Assembly: GCA_041739995.1 (NCBI GenBank)
Contig: JBGSMV010000040.1
Span: 64,001-128,000, forward strand
Direction: 5' to 3'
DNA from: Bdellovibrionota bacterium
GTDB taxonomy: Bacteria; Bdellovibrionota_C; UBA2361; JBGSMV01
DNA length: 64,000 nucleotides
The translations under genes and the position numbers were made by a program. This document shows, one piece after another, positions 49,536 through 59,509 of this stretch (positions are counted from its first letter, which is position 1; every line of letters starts with the position of its first letter). Under the pieces are notes generated by a model, which saw only the letters and a list, made by a program, of their open reading frames with translations, searched no databases and was not told the origin of the DNA.

Positions 49536-49776
49536 AGGGGTAATAAGGGCTGACCACAATCAAGTTTTATGGCGAGCGAGGAACTGGCGGTGATCCGCTC
49601 AGTTGAGCTACTGGAGGAGAGAAGGCCTAAGAAAAAGGTTCACTACAGTGAAGAGTGGAAACCTTTTGGTTAGCAATTTGGTATTCGCAGGCGATGGTGG
49701 TCTCGTGCAACGTCCACAAAGACGTTGCTTCGCTCACGATCCTTAACTGCTTCCCAGTCTAGTTATTCCGAATGAT

Positions 49777-50493
49777 CTAGTCCTTGGGGACAACAATCGC
49801 TACGCCAGTACTGAGGGGCTCTCCACCTCTCTTGTACTGTGCGCTAACCATCATGGCACATGCTTCGAACCCTCCGTCAACGCGCTGCCGAAGCAACGGG
49901 GCTCCAGAAAATCCCTCCCGGAGATTCTTGCCCGTGACAGTTCGAAACCAGACATGGTGGCCAGCATCGATCTCTCGATGCACTTCTGGAACGTCGATGA
50001 TTTCGATCGGCGTCCAGTAACGAACCACTTGATTGTCCTCTCGGGTGTACCCGACGATCACCAGTTGCTCTCCAACCCGTGGGGGTTGATCGCTCCATGT
50101 GATCGTCAAAGGATCGGTGAAAAAGGAACCTTGGGTCAGGGGCAGGGTGAGCCTCATTTTGGCCCAATCCTGCCCCTGCCCCAAGCGAGCGATCGTGGAA
50201 TCCCAGAGGGCCCACTCACGCTCAAGTCCGTCACCAGACGCGGTAACTGTGTAGATGACCGACGTCCATGACACTTCCGCAGGCCCACTGGATTGTCCAC
50301 GAGGGATCGCGTGCGAGACAGTGACAAGGGACAAATCCCCGTCAAGCCAGGCCGTAGAAACCCCAAGAACGGTAACCAGTGGAACCACCGGAATCGAATC
50401 AAGCACCGAAGCCTCGATTGAGAGCTTCGGTTCTTGACATGCGCATCCGGCCAGCAAAAGCAGGCCGAACACGGCGACAAGCCGTGCCCTCAT
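49777..50493 (-). CDS. Lipoprotein with a trypsin-like serine protease domain
   Basis: Lipobox LLLAGC; catalytic triad motifs TVSHAI, QDWAKM and GFSGAPL; AAGGAG Shine-Dalgarno. Confidence 0.8.
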   Translation of the reverse strand: MRARLVAVFGLLLLAGCACQEPKLSIEASVLDSIPVVPLVTVLGVSTAWLDGDLSLVTVSHAIPRGQSSGPAEVSWTSVIYTVTASGDGLEREWALWDSTIARLGQGQDWAKMRLTLPLTQGSFFTDPLTITWSDQPPRVGEQLVIVGYTREDNQVVRYWTPIEIIDVPEVHREIDAGHHVWFRTVTGKNLREGFSGAPLLRQRVDGGFEACAMMVSAQYKRGGEPLSTGVAIVVPKD

Positions 50494-50515
50494 TGAGAAC
50501 TCCTTTCCTTATCTG

Positions 50516-51292
50516 TCACTCGCCACGCCAGGGGAGCATCCCCCCCATTTCAGGCATGTACACGCCATCGACACGCACGATCACATTGGCACCCGTCGCC
50601 TCGGTATGGACGACGTCGAGCTGGATGAGGTTGCCGAAGTCGGTGACCGCCGACAAGCTGCCGGCACCAAAGTTCCAGAAGAGCAGATCGGCCATGCCGA
50701 TGTTGTCGCCCTTGATGGAGACCTCAGTACCCGCCGGGAATTGCATGCGTCCCGTCGACATCGCGACTTCCGCCTCAACACCACCGATGACCATCTTGGC
50801 GGTTGCGCCCTTCAGATTCTTCGCTTCGAGGGTGAAGTCGTCCTCCACCGTGAAGGAGATCGTCGACCCGTCGGGCGAGAGATTGCCGTTGAGGTTGCTC
50901 AGCGGCTTAGTGGCTGGCGGGTTCGAGCGCTGCCCGGGATTCGGGTTGCGCTGGCCCGGACGGTAGTTGCCGCTGCAGTCCTGTTGGACATAAACCTCAC
51001 GGTTGTTCGGATTAGTCGAGCAGAACACGCAGATCCTGACGTTGACGGTCGTCCCGTCGTCGAGCTTCACTTCCGCCACATAGTCACCGCACGGCTTGAA
51101 GCCGTCCGGCAAACTGGGCAGCCCAGGCGTGGGCGGAAACACCGGCTTGATGGCCGGCGTCGTTCCCCACGGTTGGGTCGTGGGCCCGATCTCGACCGGC
51201 GTAGCGCAGCCGGCGAGGAACGCCGTGAGACCAGCGAGCGAGAGAGTCGAACCAACGACCAAGGCGAGACAGAGCGAATTTCGCTTGAACAT
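50516..51292 (-). CDS. Hypothetical lipoprotein
   Basis: ATG 51292 after ggaagga, lipobox FLAGC, Pro-rich linker, small 4-Cys domain, then a beta-rich domain. Confidence 0.75.
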   Translation of the reverse strand: MFKRNSLCLALVVGSTLSLAGLTAFLAGCATPVEIGPTTQPWGTTPAIKPVFPPTPGLPSLPDGFKPCGDYVAEVKLDDGTTVNVRICVFCSTNPNNREVYVQQDCSGNYRPGQRNPNPGQRSNPPATKPLSNLNGNLSPDGSTISFTVEDDFTLEAKNLKGATAKMVIGGVEAEVAMSTGRMQFPAGTEVSIKGDNIGMADLLFWNFGAGSLSAVTDFGNLIQLDVVHTEATGANVIVRVDGVYMPEMGGMLPWRGE

Positions 51293-51438
51293 GAAACACC
51301 ATCCTTCCCGGAAAAAAGGACACAAGAAATGAGACCACCGTGTTTAGGTCCGTAAACCCAACCACGGTGGCCTCAAATTCATTCGGAAATAAAACAGGAA
51401 AAACGCTTTTCTTCACTGCAGCGACCTAGCAATCCCAG

Positions 51439-51485
51439 TAGGCCAGTGCCAATAGGCCAAGTGCCAATAGGCCAGTGCCGATAGG
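51439..51485. repeat. 14-15 bp tandem repeat x3 upstream of the lipoprotein pair
   Basis: taggccagtgccaa taggccaagtgccaa taggccagtgccga tagg. Confidence 0.9.
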
Positions 51486-51835
51486 ATTGAGAGGTCCGCT
51501 GAAGTTCTCAGCCTTCTACTGTACTGATGGGGGATGAAAGAGCGTGTTGGCGCCACGGTCTTACCTCCGGTCAGATTGAAAATCAAACACTGAATCGGAA
51601 ATTAAGTTTTAAAATTGTCTCTTATTTGACCAAGGGGTCTTTGAGAGTGCGGAAGACTTAACTCTTTAAGCTTATTAGATAAAAATTGCTATTTGGGGCA
51701 ACTTTTCCACCTCTCGCCAAAAATTAGCAGCTCCATCGAGCTTTAGGTGCCTATGTCGAAACATTGAAGGGGTCCACTACTCTGCAAAAAGCACCTTTCT
51801 ACGACCTAGCGCGTTTGAGGAGAGGCAAAAAAAGG

Positions 51836-53869
51836 TTAACAACCCTTCGTAGGACCCGCTCTGCGCAACCGCGCTTTCTCACGAACGAAACCACCTGAAA
51901 GAATCGGAAACCGATAGTAGCTGCGCGGATCAAGGTTGTACCCATCCATATGAAAGCTCGGAGCATAGCGCTCACGCTTCCACTGATTACGGGAAAAGAG
52001 CGTGCAGAAACGATCCACCCAGATTTGAAGATCCTCACTGGAGTATTTGTTTCCCTGCTCTTGCTTCAGATTTTCAAGAATCTCGCTTGGCGAATACCCG
52101 CGCTGAACAAGGCCCAGTTCAATTAGATTAAGCACTTCGTACGGCATGAGATCTGCCTCGTCGGTCTGCTTTGCCCCAGGCGGCCGCAGCTCGGCAGTAG
52201 GAGACTGTTCCGTCACCACTTTGAGCGCAGGAATTGGGGCGAACCCTTCAAGCCCCGAAACACAAAGCCACTCAAGCCAGCGCCGGATGAATGCCTTATC
52301 GATTCCCCCTAAAGGAGCAAGCCCCCCCGCGGTATCTCCATCCATAGTGGCATACCCCACTGCAACCTCGGAACGATTGCTGGTCGATAGCAACAGCGCT
52401 TGACGCACATTGGCGAGCAACCACACTCCAGGAGAACGCGCTCTTGCTTGAATATTCTGCAATGCAACATCGTCCTTTTCCCAAGTTAGAGCAGACCCAA
52501 GAGCTTTTTCAGCAATGGCGCGATAGGTACTCACCGAGTCCTGAACACTCCATTCAACGTGCATAGATCCAACAGCCTCTGCAACTTTAAGCGCCGCATC
52601 TCGGGTGATCTCGGAACTATTTTCGGTAGATTGATACACCGTCATCAGCAACGCCTTCATGGCAGCAGGAATATCGGCAGAGGCAGCAAGCTCCGTCCAA
52701 TTTCCTAGGCGCTGCTTCATGGCCTCAAAACCCAACGCCGACTCTGAAAGCTCCACCATCAGGCGTAGCAAACAGACGACTACTGAAGAATCAGCTCCAC
52801 CACTAAGGGACACCACCGCCCCGCGAGACGAACTCTTTCGGATATAATCGAAAAGGCCTAGCGCCTGGGCACGCGCAAACTCTTCAAAGCGAATCTCTGC
52901 GGCTGATTCCCAAGCAGGGATCGGTGCATTTGAGCTCTTAGCTTTCGCCAGTTGCCAGGGCGCAGGAACCTGCACTATCGCCGGCACCCGAGTCGTATTC
53001 GGCGACGGCACACCTTCGAGCACCGAGGCATCCGCGCTACGTTGCCGACTCACAATGCTCAAATCGAGATCTACAGTGGCAGTCGTAAAAGTATGATCAC
53101 CAAACCCAAAACGCTCTCCTTGCGCCGCAAGCTGCCCACCAGAAGCTATGAAACAGCTGCCGTCATAAATGACTCGCCCCGCTTCGTTGCCAAGCAGATT
53201 GGCATACAGGTAGGCCACTCCAAAGGCACGCGAACCTTCCAGCACGAAGCGCTTTCGAATATTAAACCTATCAAATGCAAAATGGCTCGCACTCGGATTT
53301 AAGACAATTTGTGCTCCTCGTGCAGCGAGCCTGCTTCCTGGACGACTGGCAGACCATGCATCTTCACAAATCTCGAAACCAAGAGCACAAGATTTTCCCT
53401 CGTCATTCACCAATTGGAAAACTAGATCTCCCACCGGAAATTCCTTGGCTCCTATCCGCACCGAGGCCTGCTCCCCTGCCGGCCACGCACGGAACCAGCG
53501 CGTCTCATAATACAGTCCGTCACGCGCTAAGAACTGCTTAAGAGCAAATCCGTGCAGAACTCCGTTTGCTACAAGTGCGACCGCATCATAGCAATCGTTG
53601 TTGACGTATAGGGGAAGCCCGAACCCGACCACTAACCCTTTGGTGTATGGCAACAATTCGTCAAGCACCTCAAGCGCCGTGCGCTGAACATCCGGGGAAA
53701 GGAAAAGATCTTCACAGCCGTAGCCAGAGATTACGAGCTCAGGCAGGCACAACACCTGCACACCCTCCGTGTGCGCACACTCAAGCACCGCCACAATTCG
53801 ATCGCGATTCCCCTCCCAATCAAGCGGGGTTTGGTTAAGCGCTGCGCATCCAACTTTTAGAAGTCTCAT
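51836..53869 (-). CDS. nadE: Glutamine-dependent NAD+ synthetase
   Basis: Nitrilase domain (LPEL, K, EICED) plus SLSGGADS, LQNIQARAR, NRSE, GYATMDGD, PTAEL, NQWKR. Confidence 0.96.
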   Translation of the reverse strand: MRLLKVGCAALNQTPLDWEGNRDRIVAVLECAHTEGVQVLCLPELVISGYGCEDLFLSPDVQRTALEVLDELLPYTKGLVVGFGLPLYVNNDCYDAVALVANGVLHGFALKQFLARDGLYYETRWFRAWPAGEQASVRIGAKEFPVGDLVFQLVNDEGKSCALGFEICEDAWSASRPGSRLAARGAQIVLNPSASHFAFDRFNIRKRFVLEGSRAFGVAYLYANLLGNEAGRVIYDGSCFIASGGQLAAQGERFGFGDHTFTTATVDLDLSIVSRQRSADASVLEGVPSPNTTRVPAIVQVPAPWQLAKAKSSNAPIPAWESAAEIRFEEFARAQALGLFDYIRKSSSRGAVVSLSGGADSSVVVCLLRLMVELSESALGFEAMKQRLGNWTELAASADIPAAMKALLMTVYQSTENSSEITRDAALKVAEAVGSMHVEWSVQDSVSTYRAIAEKALGSALTWEKDDVALQNIQARARSPGVWLLANVRQALLLSTSNRSEVAVGYATMDGDTAGGLAPLGGIDKAFIRRWLEWLCVSGLEGFAPIPALKVVTEQSPTAELRPPGAKQTDEADLMPYEVLNLIELGLVQRGYSPSEILENLKQEQGNKYSSEDLQIWVDRFCTLFSRNQWKRERYAPSFHMDGYNLDPRSYYRFPILSGGFVREKARLRRAGPTKGC

Positions 53870-54077
53870 TTGCACTACCGATATTTAACGGACTCGTGAA
53901 AAAGTCCATGCCATGGGATTTTCTCTCAACGTCCAAGCCTTGCATCCTTTAGTGAGAGTAGTGCCCTGAGTTAAGAGGTCGATGATTATTTCTCGTTGTG
54001 AATATATTTAAATAACCCTTCCACCCAACACACGAGGCTCTGCTCCAATCAGCCATTCGCCCGGGCGCGACCAGAGT

Positions 54078-54698
54078 CTACTGAACCATGTCATCAAGTT
54101 CCAATCCGCTCCCCGAGGGGGAGTAGGGGCGCACCAAGCCAGGGGCCCGCGAAGGGACGTTCCCTATAGCGCCGGGAGAAGGGAAAGACCCTTCAGAGGC
54201 AGAGTCTGGATTTGAAGGAATTTCACGTAAGATTTCACTCAGAACTCTCTCAGCTTCACGTGAAATACGCTCAGGACGTGGCTCCGAGACTGCTCCTGTA
54301 CCATGAGGAACACGGGAGATAGTGGAATACGCTTCAGAGTCCAGAACTCCCCTACTATCTCTCAACGCACCAGATACTGCTCGTGACGGCGGAGGATCGG
54401 CACGACGCAGCAGTCGTCCCTGCTCAAAGAGTAAGTCGGAGGAAGCATAGCGCCACAAAGTCCAACGCTTGCTTTCATACTCAACCTTCTCAGCAGCAGG
54501 ACCCATTCGCTTTGTTATATCTCGAAAACTCATTCCGGGACCAAGCTCGAGATGTGTCTCAAAAACCTGAACACCGAGTCCTCCACTGCCAGGAACTTTG
54601 TCGAAAGCGGCATCATCAGAATCCCACGCAAACGCTCCCGTAGAGAACGACGCCAGGAGTAAGAGCGACAAAGCAAGAACTCGAATCACGCTAGTCAT
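54078..54698 (-). CDS. Hypothetical secreted protein
   Basis: Signal peptide ending AFA-W, a small SmpA/BamE-like segment (GMSFRDITKRMGP...WRY), and a disordered tail. Confidence 0.65.
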   Translation of the reverse strand: MTSVIRVLALSLLLLASFSTGAFAWDSDDAAFDKVPGSGGLGVQVFETHLELGPGMSFRDITKRMGPAAEKVEYESKRWTLWRYASSDLLFEQGRLLRRADPPPSRAVSGALRDSRGVLDSEAYSTISRVPHGTGAVSEPRPERISREAERVLSEILREIPSNPDSASEGSFPSPGAIGNVPSRAPGLVRPYSPSGSGLELDDMVQ

Positions 54699-54816
54699 AG
54701 AGTCAGCAGCCACCACAAAAGCTCCAAGGCTTACTCTGCCCGCCCAAGAGACCCCCCATGTTACGAGTGTTCGCGAATGCTGTGCAAGAACGGACTTTTA
54801 TGGAATGTTGGGGTCC

Positions 54817-55074
54817 ATGGCTATAGATAATCAATTACTGAAGATTCTAGTCTGCCCAGAGACCAAATTGCCCGTTCGCCTGGCCCCCGACGCACTCGTG
54901 GATCAGCTCAATATACAGGTTGAAGCTGGCACGCTCATGAACAAGGCTGGCAAAGCGGTGGTTTCCCGACTCGACGGCGGATTACTGAGAGAGGACGGCT
55001 CCCGACTATATCCGATCATTGACGAGATACCGGTCATGTTGGTTGAAGAGAGTATTGAGCTCAGCGCGCTATAA
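54817..55074 (+). CDS. Trm112-family protein
   Basis: MAIDNQLLKILVCPETK...LYPIIDEIPVMLVEE. Start moved to ATG 54817. Confidence 0.9.
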   Translation: MAIDNQLLKILVCPETKLPVRLAPDALVDQLNIQVEAGTLMNKAGKAVVSRLDGGLLREDGSRLYPIIDEIPVMLVEESIELSAL

Positions 55075-55142
55075 ACTGTGGCTCTAACTTCGCCTCCGCA
55101 GTGTCGCCTAATCTACAGTGTCGCCTAAGCTTAATTGCGAGA

Positions 55143-55341
55143 GGCCCACTGCATACCGGCAGAAGCTCGCTCCCCCCCTTGGCTCCGTTCCGCTTTGCAT
55201 TATCATTCAGAAGCCGGAAGGCCTATTCCGTTTGCACAGCCCGCACCTGAACAAGGCCGACGCGATCGCGGAACGAGCACAACGGGTTCTCCGGAAGAGG
55301 TCAAGGCGAGGATCCCTCCTATGTCTGAAATATGGTGGGCC
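55143..55341. ncRNA. Candidate structured ncRNA of about 200 nt (rod-like, 6S-like size)
   Basis: Terminal ggcccac/gtgggcc plus cata/tatg pairing, and inner ccttggctccgttccg/cggaagaggtcaagg pairing, in an intergenic gap. Identity and strand not established. Confidence 0.4.
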
Positions 55342-55639
55342 TGGCTAAGATGTTGCTGAGATCGCACATCTCCCCGCCACCGCGGCTTGGTCGGCAAATT
55401 TCTGATATCACTTTAGCGCGAGGAAAAATTCCGAAGAATTAGCGATGGGAGCTCGGAGTCTTTCGTACTTCCTGTAATGCTCCGCTATGGAGATGCTCAG
55501 AGACGGGCGCGAGAGCGCTCTCATTCTGTAATAAAAACTGGTGCCCATTCGTTTGTTCACGCTGCCGACGCTGCTCTTCTACCATGACAGGCGATGGCAA
55601 TCGGAGCCAGGAGCAGAAGCGCTCCCTATAGTTGACAGT

Positions 55640-56128
55640 CTAGTCGCGAAAATTAGTGAACTGAAGCTCTAGATCGCTCACTGCCTCGCGCAGACCCTGT
55701 ATCACCTGCTGCAAATCATCACGTTTTTTGCCCGTTACCCGGAGCTGATCGCCTTGAATCTGGGAGGAAACTTTCAGGCCAAGTCCTTTGATCTGTTTGT
55801 TTAGGCGCTTAAGGTCCTCTTCCTTGAGTCCCTGCTTGATGATCACCTCTTGGCGCAAAGTATCACTGCCCGCTGGCTGAGGATCTTTAAATTCCACCGA
55901 TCGAATGCTTACGCCACGTTTTGCAAGTTTTTGTCTAAGCAGATCCTGAAGTGCTTGTAGCTTTAATTGATCATCCGCTACCACTACTATCAAAGCCTCT
56001 TCTTGGAATTCAATCGAGGACTTGGATCCTTTAAAGTCGTAGCGTGTCTTTATTTCTCTTTGAACCTGATCCACGGCGTTTCGCACTTCCTGGACGCTTA
56101 CCTCAGAGACAACATCGAACGACGGCAT
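55640..56128 (-). CDS. yajQ: YajQ-family nucleotide / c-di-GMP-binding protein
   Basis: MPSFDVVSEV, RYDFKGS, QIQGDQLRVTGKKRDDLQ, QFTNFRD. Confidence 0.97.
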   Translation of the reverse strand: MPSFDVVSEVSVQEVRNAVDQVQREIKTRYDFKGSKSSIEFQEEALIVVVADDQLKLQALQDLLRQKLAKRGVSIRSVEFKDPQPAGSDTLRQEVIIKQGLKEEDLKRLNKQIKGLGLKVSSQIQGDQLRVTGKKRDDLQQVIQGLREAVSDLELQFTNFRD

Positions 56129-56200
56129 AGATTCCCCTCTTTTTCACGAACACGCGCACAGTCAGCGCGTTACTGAGATATTACTACCCGACTCGCAACT

Positions 56201-57553
56201 TTAATCAACGCGAACTGAAGGATCGCGAATGACATAACTAAGGCAACTTCCACCTCGCAGCTGTACTTCGAGCTGAATCGATCCGTATGTCGAACGATAG
56301 GCTGCGCCGGTAAGCTGGTAATCCTGCCAGGCGGTACGTCCGCCATTGCCCACGCCCTTGTAGCGTAGCTCCTTAATTTCCTCTCCATTGAGGCGCTTCA
56401 CAGTTACGCGCGTAGCCACTCCGGTATATCGAGGAGCAAGCACCACCACCGCAAAAAACTGCGTATCAGAGTTCGGCTTCCAGACGAACCCTTCACTCCC
56501 ATCGAAAGGGCTGGCGTTCTCGCAAGAAGTTACTGCCGAACCATCGTTCGTTGAAGCTTGAAACCCGGAAATTTGGTACTCGTCCACAAGTTCCGAAGAA
56601 GCTCCTACAGAGAACTTAGAAACGGTGCGCGTGTCCACATTCACTACCCGGACTCTTCCGCGCTTGAGGAAAGCCAAATCCTCTCCAGGGATAGAGTCGA
56701 ATTCCCCCACCGCGAAACTTTCCAAGTCCTTAACTACAAGGCGACGCACTCGCCTACCGTCTAGCGTGGTCACGATAATTTGAGTCGCAGTTCCGGCCTT
56801 GATGGGAAATACCAATCGATCGGCACCCTCACCGGCAGGACCTTTCAATGGCACGGGCCGCGGTCGACTTCCACCCGATAAACTTCGCGGAAACCGTCGC
56901 TGCGTAACGCGCTGATTGGTGAAGACATCCCGCATGCGTACAATCGTTCTACCACTTGCGGAACGCCGGACTATGCCGATCCAGTCGGCTTGGCCATCCG
57001 GCGCAGCAAAGAATACCCGGTCACCGTTCGCCCCGAAAACCAGAGATCGCTCCGAGATTGCCTCAGCATCTCCGCCAAACGAATTCATCTGCATTCGCCA
57101 CCGCGCACTGCCATTGACCAATTTTACCACAGCGAGGTCATCGACTCCCGAGCCGTCAAAATCCGCTCCGGCAACCACGAGATCTCCTTCTCCTCCGAAG
57201 GACACCAACTCAAGGCGCCCCTCTGGTGTAAGAACCCTCCAAGAGATCTCCTCGCGGTCCTTTTCGAACACCGCGATTCCAGGGGAGGCAGCGCCAAGCT
57301 GCGGCGAAGCGTCGCTTAAATCCGAAGGAAACCATCGCGCCATCAAAGGCACATCACCGCGTCGCCCAAAGGATGCCACCTCGGCACGCTCAGATACTTC
57401 GTCATAGGACCACCATTGCCAGGTCTCCTTGCCACGCGCCTGAATGCCTGAAAGCGCGGTGGAGCCCCCTCCGATCGCCTGCGCTTCAACATTGGCCACC
57501 GATTCCAGCCAAAGAAATAGGCAAATAAGGCTAATGGCGAAAAAACTCTTCAT
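56201..57553 (-). CDS. Secreted protein with FG-GAP/VCBS-like repeats
   Basis: Signal peptide; repeated FG-xxGD...D motifs (SFGRRGDVP, SFGGEGDLVVAGADFDGSGVDDLAV, VFGANGDRV, GEFDSIPGEDLA). Confidence 0.75.
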   Translation of the reverse strand: MKSFFAISLICLFLWLESVANVEAQAIGGGSTALSGIQARGKETWQWWSYDEVSERAEVASFGRRGDVPLMARWFPSDLSDASPQLGAASPGIAVFEKDREEISWRVLTPEGRLELVSFGGEGDLVVAGADFDGSGVDDLAVVKLVNGSARWRMQMNSFGGDAEAISERSLVFGANGDRVFFAAPDGQADWIGIVRRSASGRTIVRMRDVFTNQRVTQRRFPRSLSGGSRPRPVPLKGPAGEGADRLVFPIKAGTATQIIVTTLDGRRVRRLVVKDLESFAVGEFDSIPGEDLAFLKRGRVRVVNVDTRTVSKFSVGASSELVDEYQISGFQASTNDGSAVTSCENASPFDGSEGFVWKPNSDTQFFAVVVLAPRYTGVATRVTVKRLNGEEIKELRYKGVGNGGRTAWQDYQLTGAAYRSTYGSIQLEVQLRGGSCLSYVIRDPSVRVD

Positions 57554-57631
57554 ATTTAAAGCCGTTTAGGCACAACATTTTCGTTCAAGTCTTTCCCAAA
57601 ACAGCCGACTAAATTCATTGGGGAAGCTTAC

Positions 57632-58168
57632 ATGGCCGACGTTAACGGTTTAGAAACAAAGACTTTCTACGAAGTTCTTGGGGTACCCGAGGATGCTTCA
57701 ACCGAGCAGATACGAGACGTGTATCGAGAGATCGCTCGAATCTACCACCCCGACTCAAACTTCTACAGTGAGATTGTCCCCCAAAAGGCATCAAACGACC
57801 AGGTTCAAATCTTCAAAATAATCACGGCAGCTTACAATACTCTCACCGATCCATCGAAGCGAGCCGAGTACGACAAAAGCGTTGCGCCACTGCTCAACCT
57901 CAAGCGTCGGGTCAAAGACTGGGAAACTGAAACCGAGGCATTCACCCCTTCCCGCCCACTCGAACAGGTAGTGCCAAGTTCACGACCTCGAAGAATGACC
58001 GCAACATTTGGTCGACGTGACTTTTTAGATGCAGAAGAGCCGCTGGTAGAATCACCTAGAAATTTCCCACGCAGGAATAGAAGCGGTCTGGCATGGGTTG
58101 CAATCGTGCTCGGCATAATCTGCGGGGCAGCGGTTGGCGCAGTCGCTTATGCCGTTCTGGTTGGATAG
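57632..58168 (+). CDS. J-domain protein with a C-terminal TM anchor
   Basis: FYEVLGV...ARIYHPD...AYNTLTDP..RAEYD; hydrophobic C-terminus. Confidence 0.92.
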   Translation: MADVNGLETKTFYEVLGVPEDASTEQIRDVYREIARIYHPDSNFYSEIVPQKASNDQVQIFKIITAAYNTLTDPSKRAEYDKSVAPLLNLKRRVKDWETETEAFTPSRPLEQVVPSSRPRRMTATFGRRDFLDAEEPLVESPRNFPRRNRSGLAWVAIVLGIICGAAVGAVAYAVLVG

Positions 58169-58293
58169 CGTTCTAGTAGAGCAGAACACCCGAGTCCGCT
58201 CGGACCCCCAGCTACTGGCAGCTCACAATTCCACTTACACTCTTGCGTCCACTTACACTGTTGCGCTACGGCAAAAAGACGCTCGCGACGAGG

Positions 58294-58530
58294 CTAGGGT
58301 TCCCGTACCAGCTTGAAAATGACTTCCTTACCAGACTCATCCATTGAGATTCGCCCTTCGGCAATCAACTCCTTCAGGACGTCGAGAATTTCAACCTCAT
58401 CAGCAAGCACCTGGGTGCGCTCGTCCTCTTCATGAAGATGCCAAAGATTTCTAAAATAGAGTCCTTCTGCAGCCTCAGCATGTCCCAATGCTTCCAGAAT
58501 CTGCGCCTTTGTCTCCGCCTTCATTTCCAC
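58294..58530 (-). CDS. Small acidic hypothetical protein, possibly winged-helix
   Basis: 78-aa ORF with a GAGGG Shine-Dalgarno and ILDVLKELIAEGRI. Confidence 0.65.
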   Translation of the reverse strand: MEMKAETKAQILEALGHAEAAEGLYFRNLWHLHEEDERTQVLADEVEILDVLKELIAEGRISMDESGKEVIFKLVREP

Positions 58531-58778
58531 CCCTCTTCAAACACACCTTCTCTGAGTTCTCTCTCCAGGCCCGACACAGTTTACGCAAGCAGCGCCTTCT
58601 CGCTATCCCCTAACACCAAAGCAGCCGCCTTGCGCCTGGCCATAAGCCGCCTGATAGCCCTCCTGCCTATCAGCGCCATCATTCCTGGCCCTAAGCTTGA
58701 GCTGCGCCAGTATTTTATATAGTAGCACGCTGCGGAAAGAATGCGGACGTATTTTGCTCTGAACATACAAGGGAACTC

Positions 58779-59411
58779 ATGTCATTCGTAGAAGCATTCT
58801 ACAGCTTTAATCTACACATCTCCAACAGTGACTCCGGCACAAATGTCTCCACTCGCGTGAAAACTGGCAAACACCCGTTTGAAACTTTGCAATTCTTCTA
58901 TGCGCGCATGTTGGCCTTCGCACACGCCTACGTTCCTGAACTACGCTTTTCTCAAGGACTACACGCGCCGACTGAACCAACAATTTGGCGAATAAATGAA
59001 CTGCAAACGGTCACCGATTGGATTGAAGTAGGAGAGCTCGACGCCAAGAAACTCAAGAAAGCACTTAAAACCGCGGAGCGTGAGCAATCACAGGCTCAAT
59101 CACCGGCTCGATTTGCAAGCTATATGTTTTCAAAAGAACATGTGCAGAGTTTTTGTGCTGCGCTGCGTGGAAGTAAGCAAAATTGGATTGCTTCCACTTC
59201 CTTCTCGCTCTTAGACCCCGCAGCGCTCGACGCTTTGTGCAACACTCACCGCTCAAGCGCCACTTGGTCAGTAACCGTGGTAGATTCCACGCTCTACCTC
59301 GATTGCGACGGCACCGAGATAATCACCCAGATCACCCCCTTGAACATGTGGCACGAGTTCCAGCACTCGATAGACAACCTTGGCCATCTCTCTAACGACC
59401 TAGATCTATAG
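58779..59411 (+). CDS. yaeQ: YaeQ-family protein
   Basis: KHPFET...RMLAFAH...FSQGL...EPTIW...WIEVG...WSVTVVDSTLY. Confidence 0.88.
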   Translation: MSFVEAFYSFNLHISNSDSGTNVSTRVKTGKHPFETLQFFYARMLAFAHAYVPELRFSQGLHAPTEPTIWRINELQTVTDWIEVGELDAKKLKKALKTAEREQSQAQSPARFASYMFSKEHVQSFCAALRGSKQNWIASTSFSLLDPAALDALCNTHRSSATWSVTVVDSTLYLDCDGTEIITQITPLNMWHEFQHSIDNLGHLSNDLDL

Positions 59412-59509
59412 CGTTTTTTACCTAAAGACTCCTCGCGATCGACCTTCAGGGATCTGCGTTTAATGCCGATTCACTCTAAGAAGATACCGTACGGGAGCCA
59501 CTACAACTC

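Noticed and set aside
50137..50152. caggggcagggtga resembling the start of an FMN riboswitch
   Set aside because: It lies antisense inside the protease CDS and the rest of the RFN consensus is missing.
50379..51416. Long overlapping alternative ORFs across the lipoprotein gene
   Set aside because: These are expected shadow ORFs of a GC-rich gene; only the minus-strand frame has a Shine-Dalgarno and a lipobox.
53886..53925. Imperfect palindrome upstream of nadE as an IS-end remnant or riboswitch
   Set aside because: Short, single copy in the window and without a partner end, so not supportable.
55118..55397. Three short ORFs downstream of trm112
   Set aside because: No ribosome-binding site or recognisable motif; they overlap the self-complementary segment, which is better explained as RNA structure.
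58581..58766. 61-aa minus-strand ORF upstream of yaeQ
   Set aside because: It would leave almost no room for divergent promoters and has no recognisable features, so it is left uncalled.
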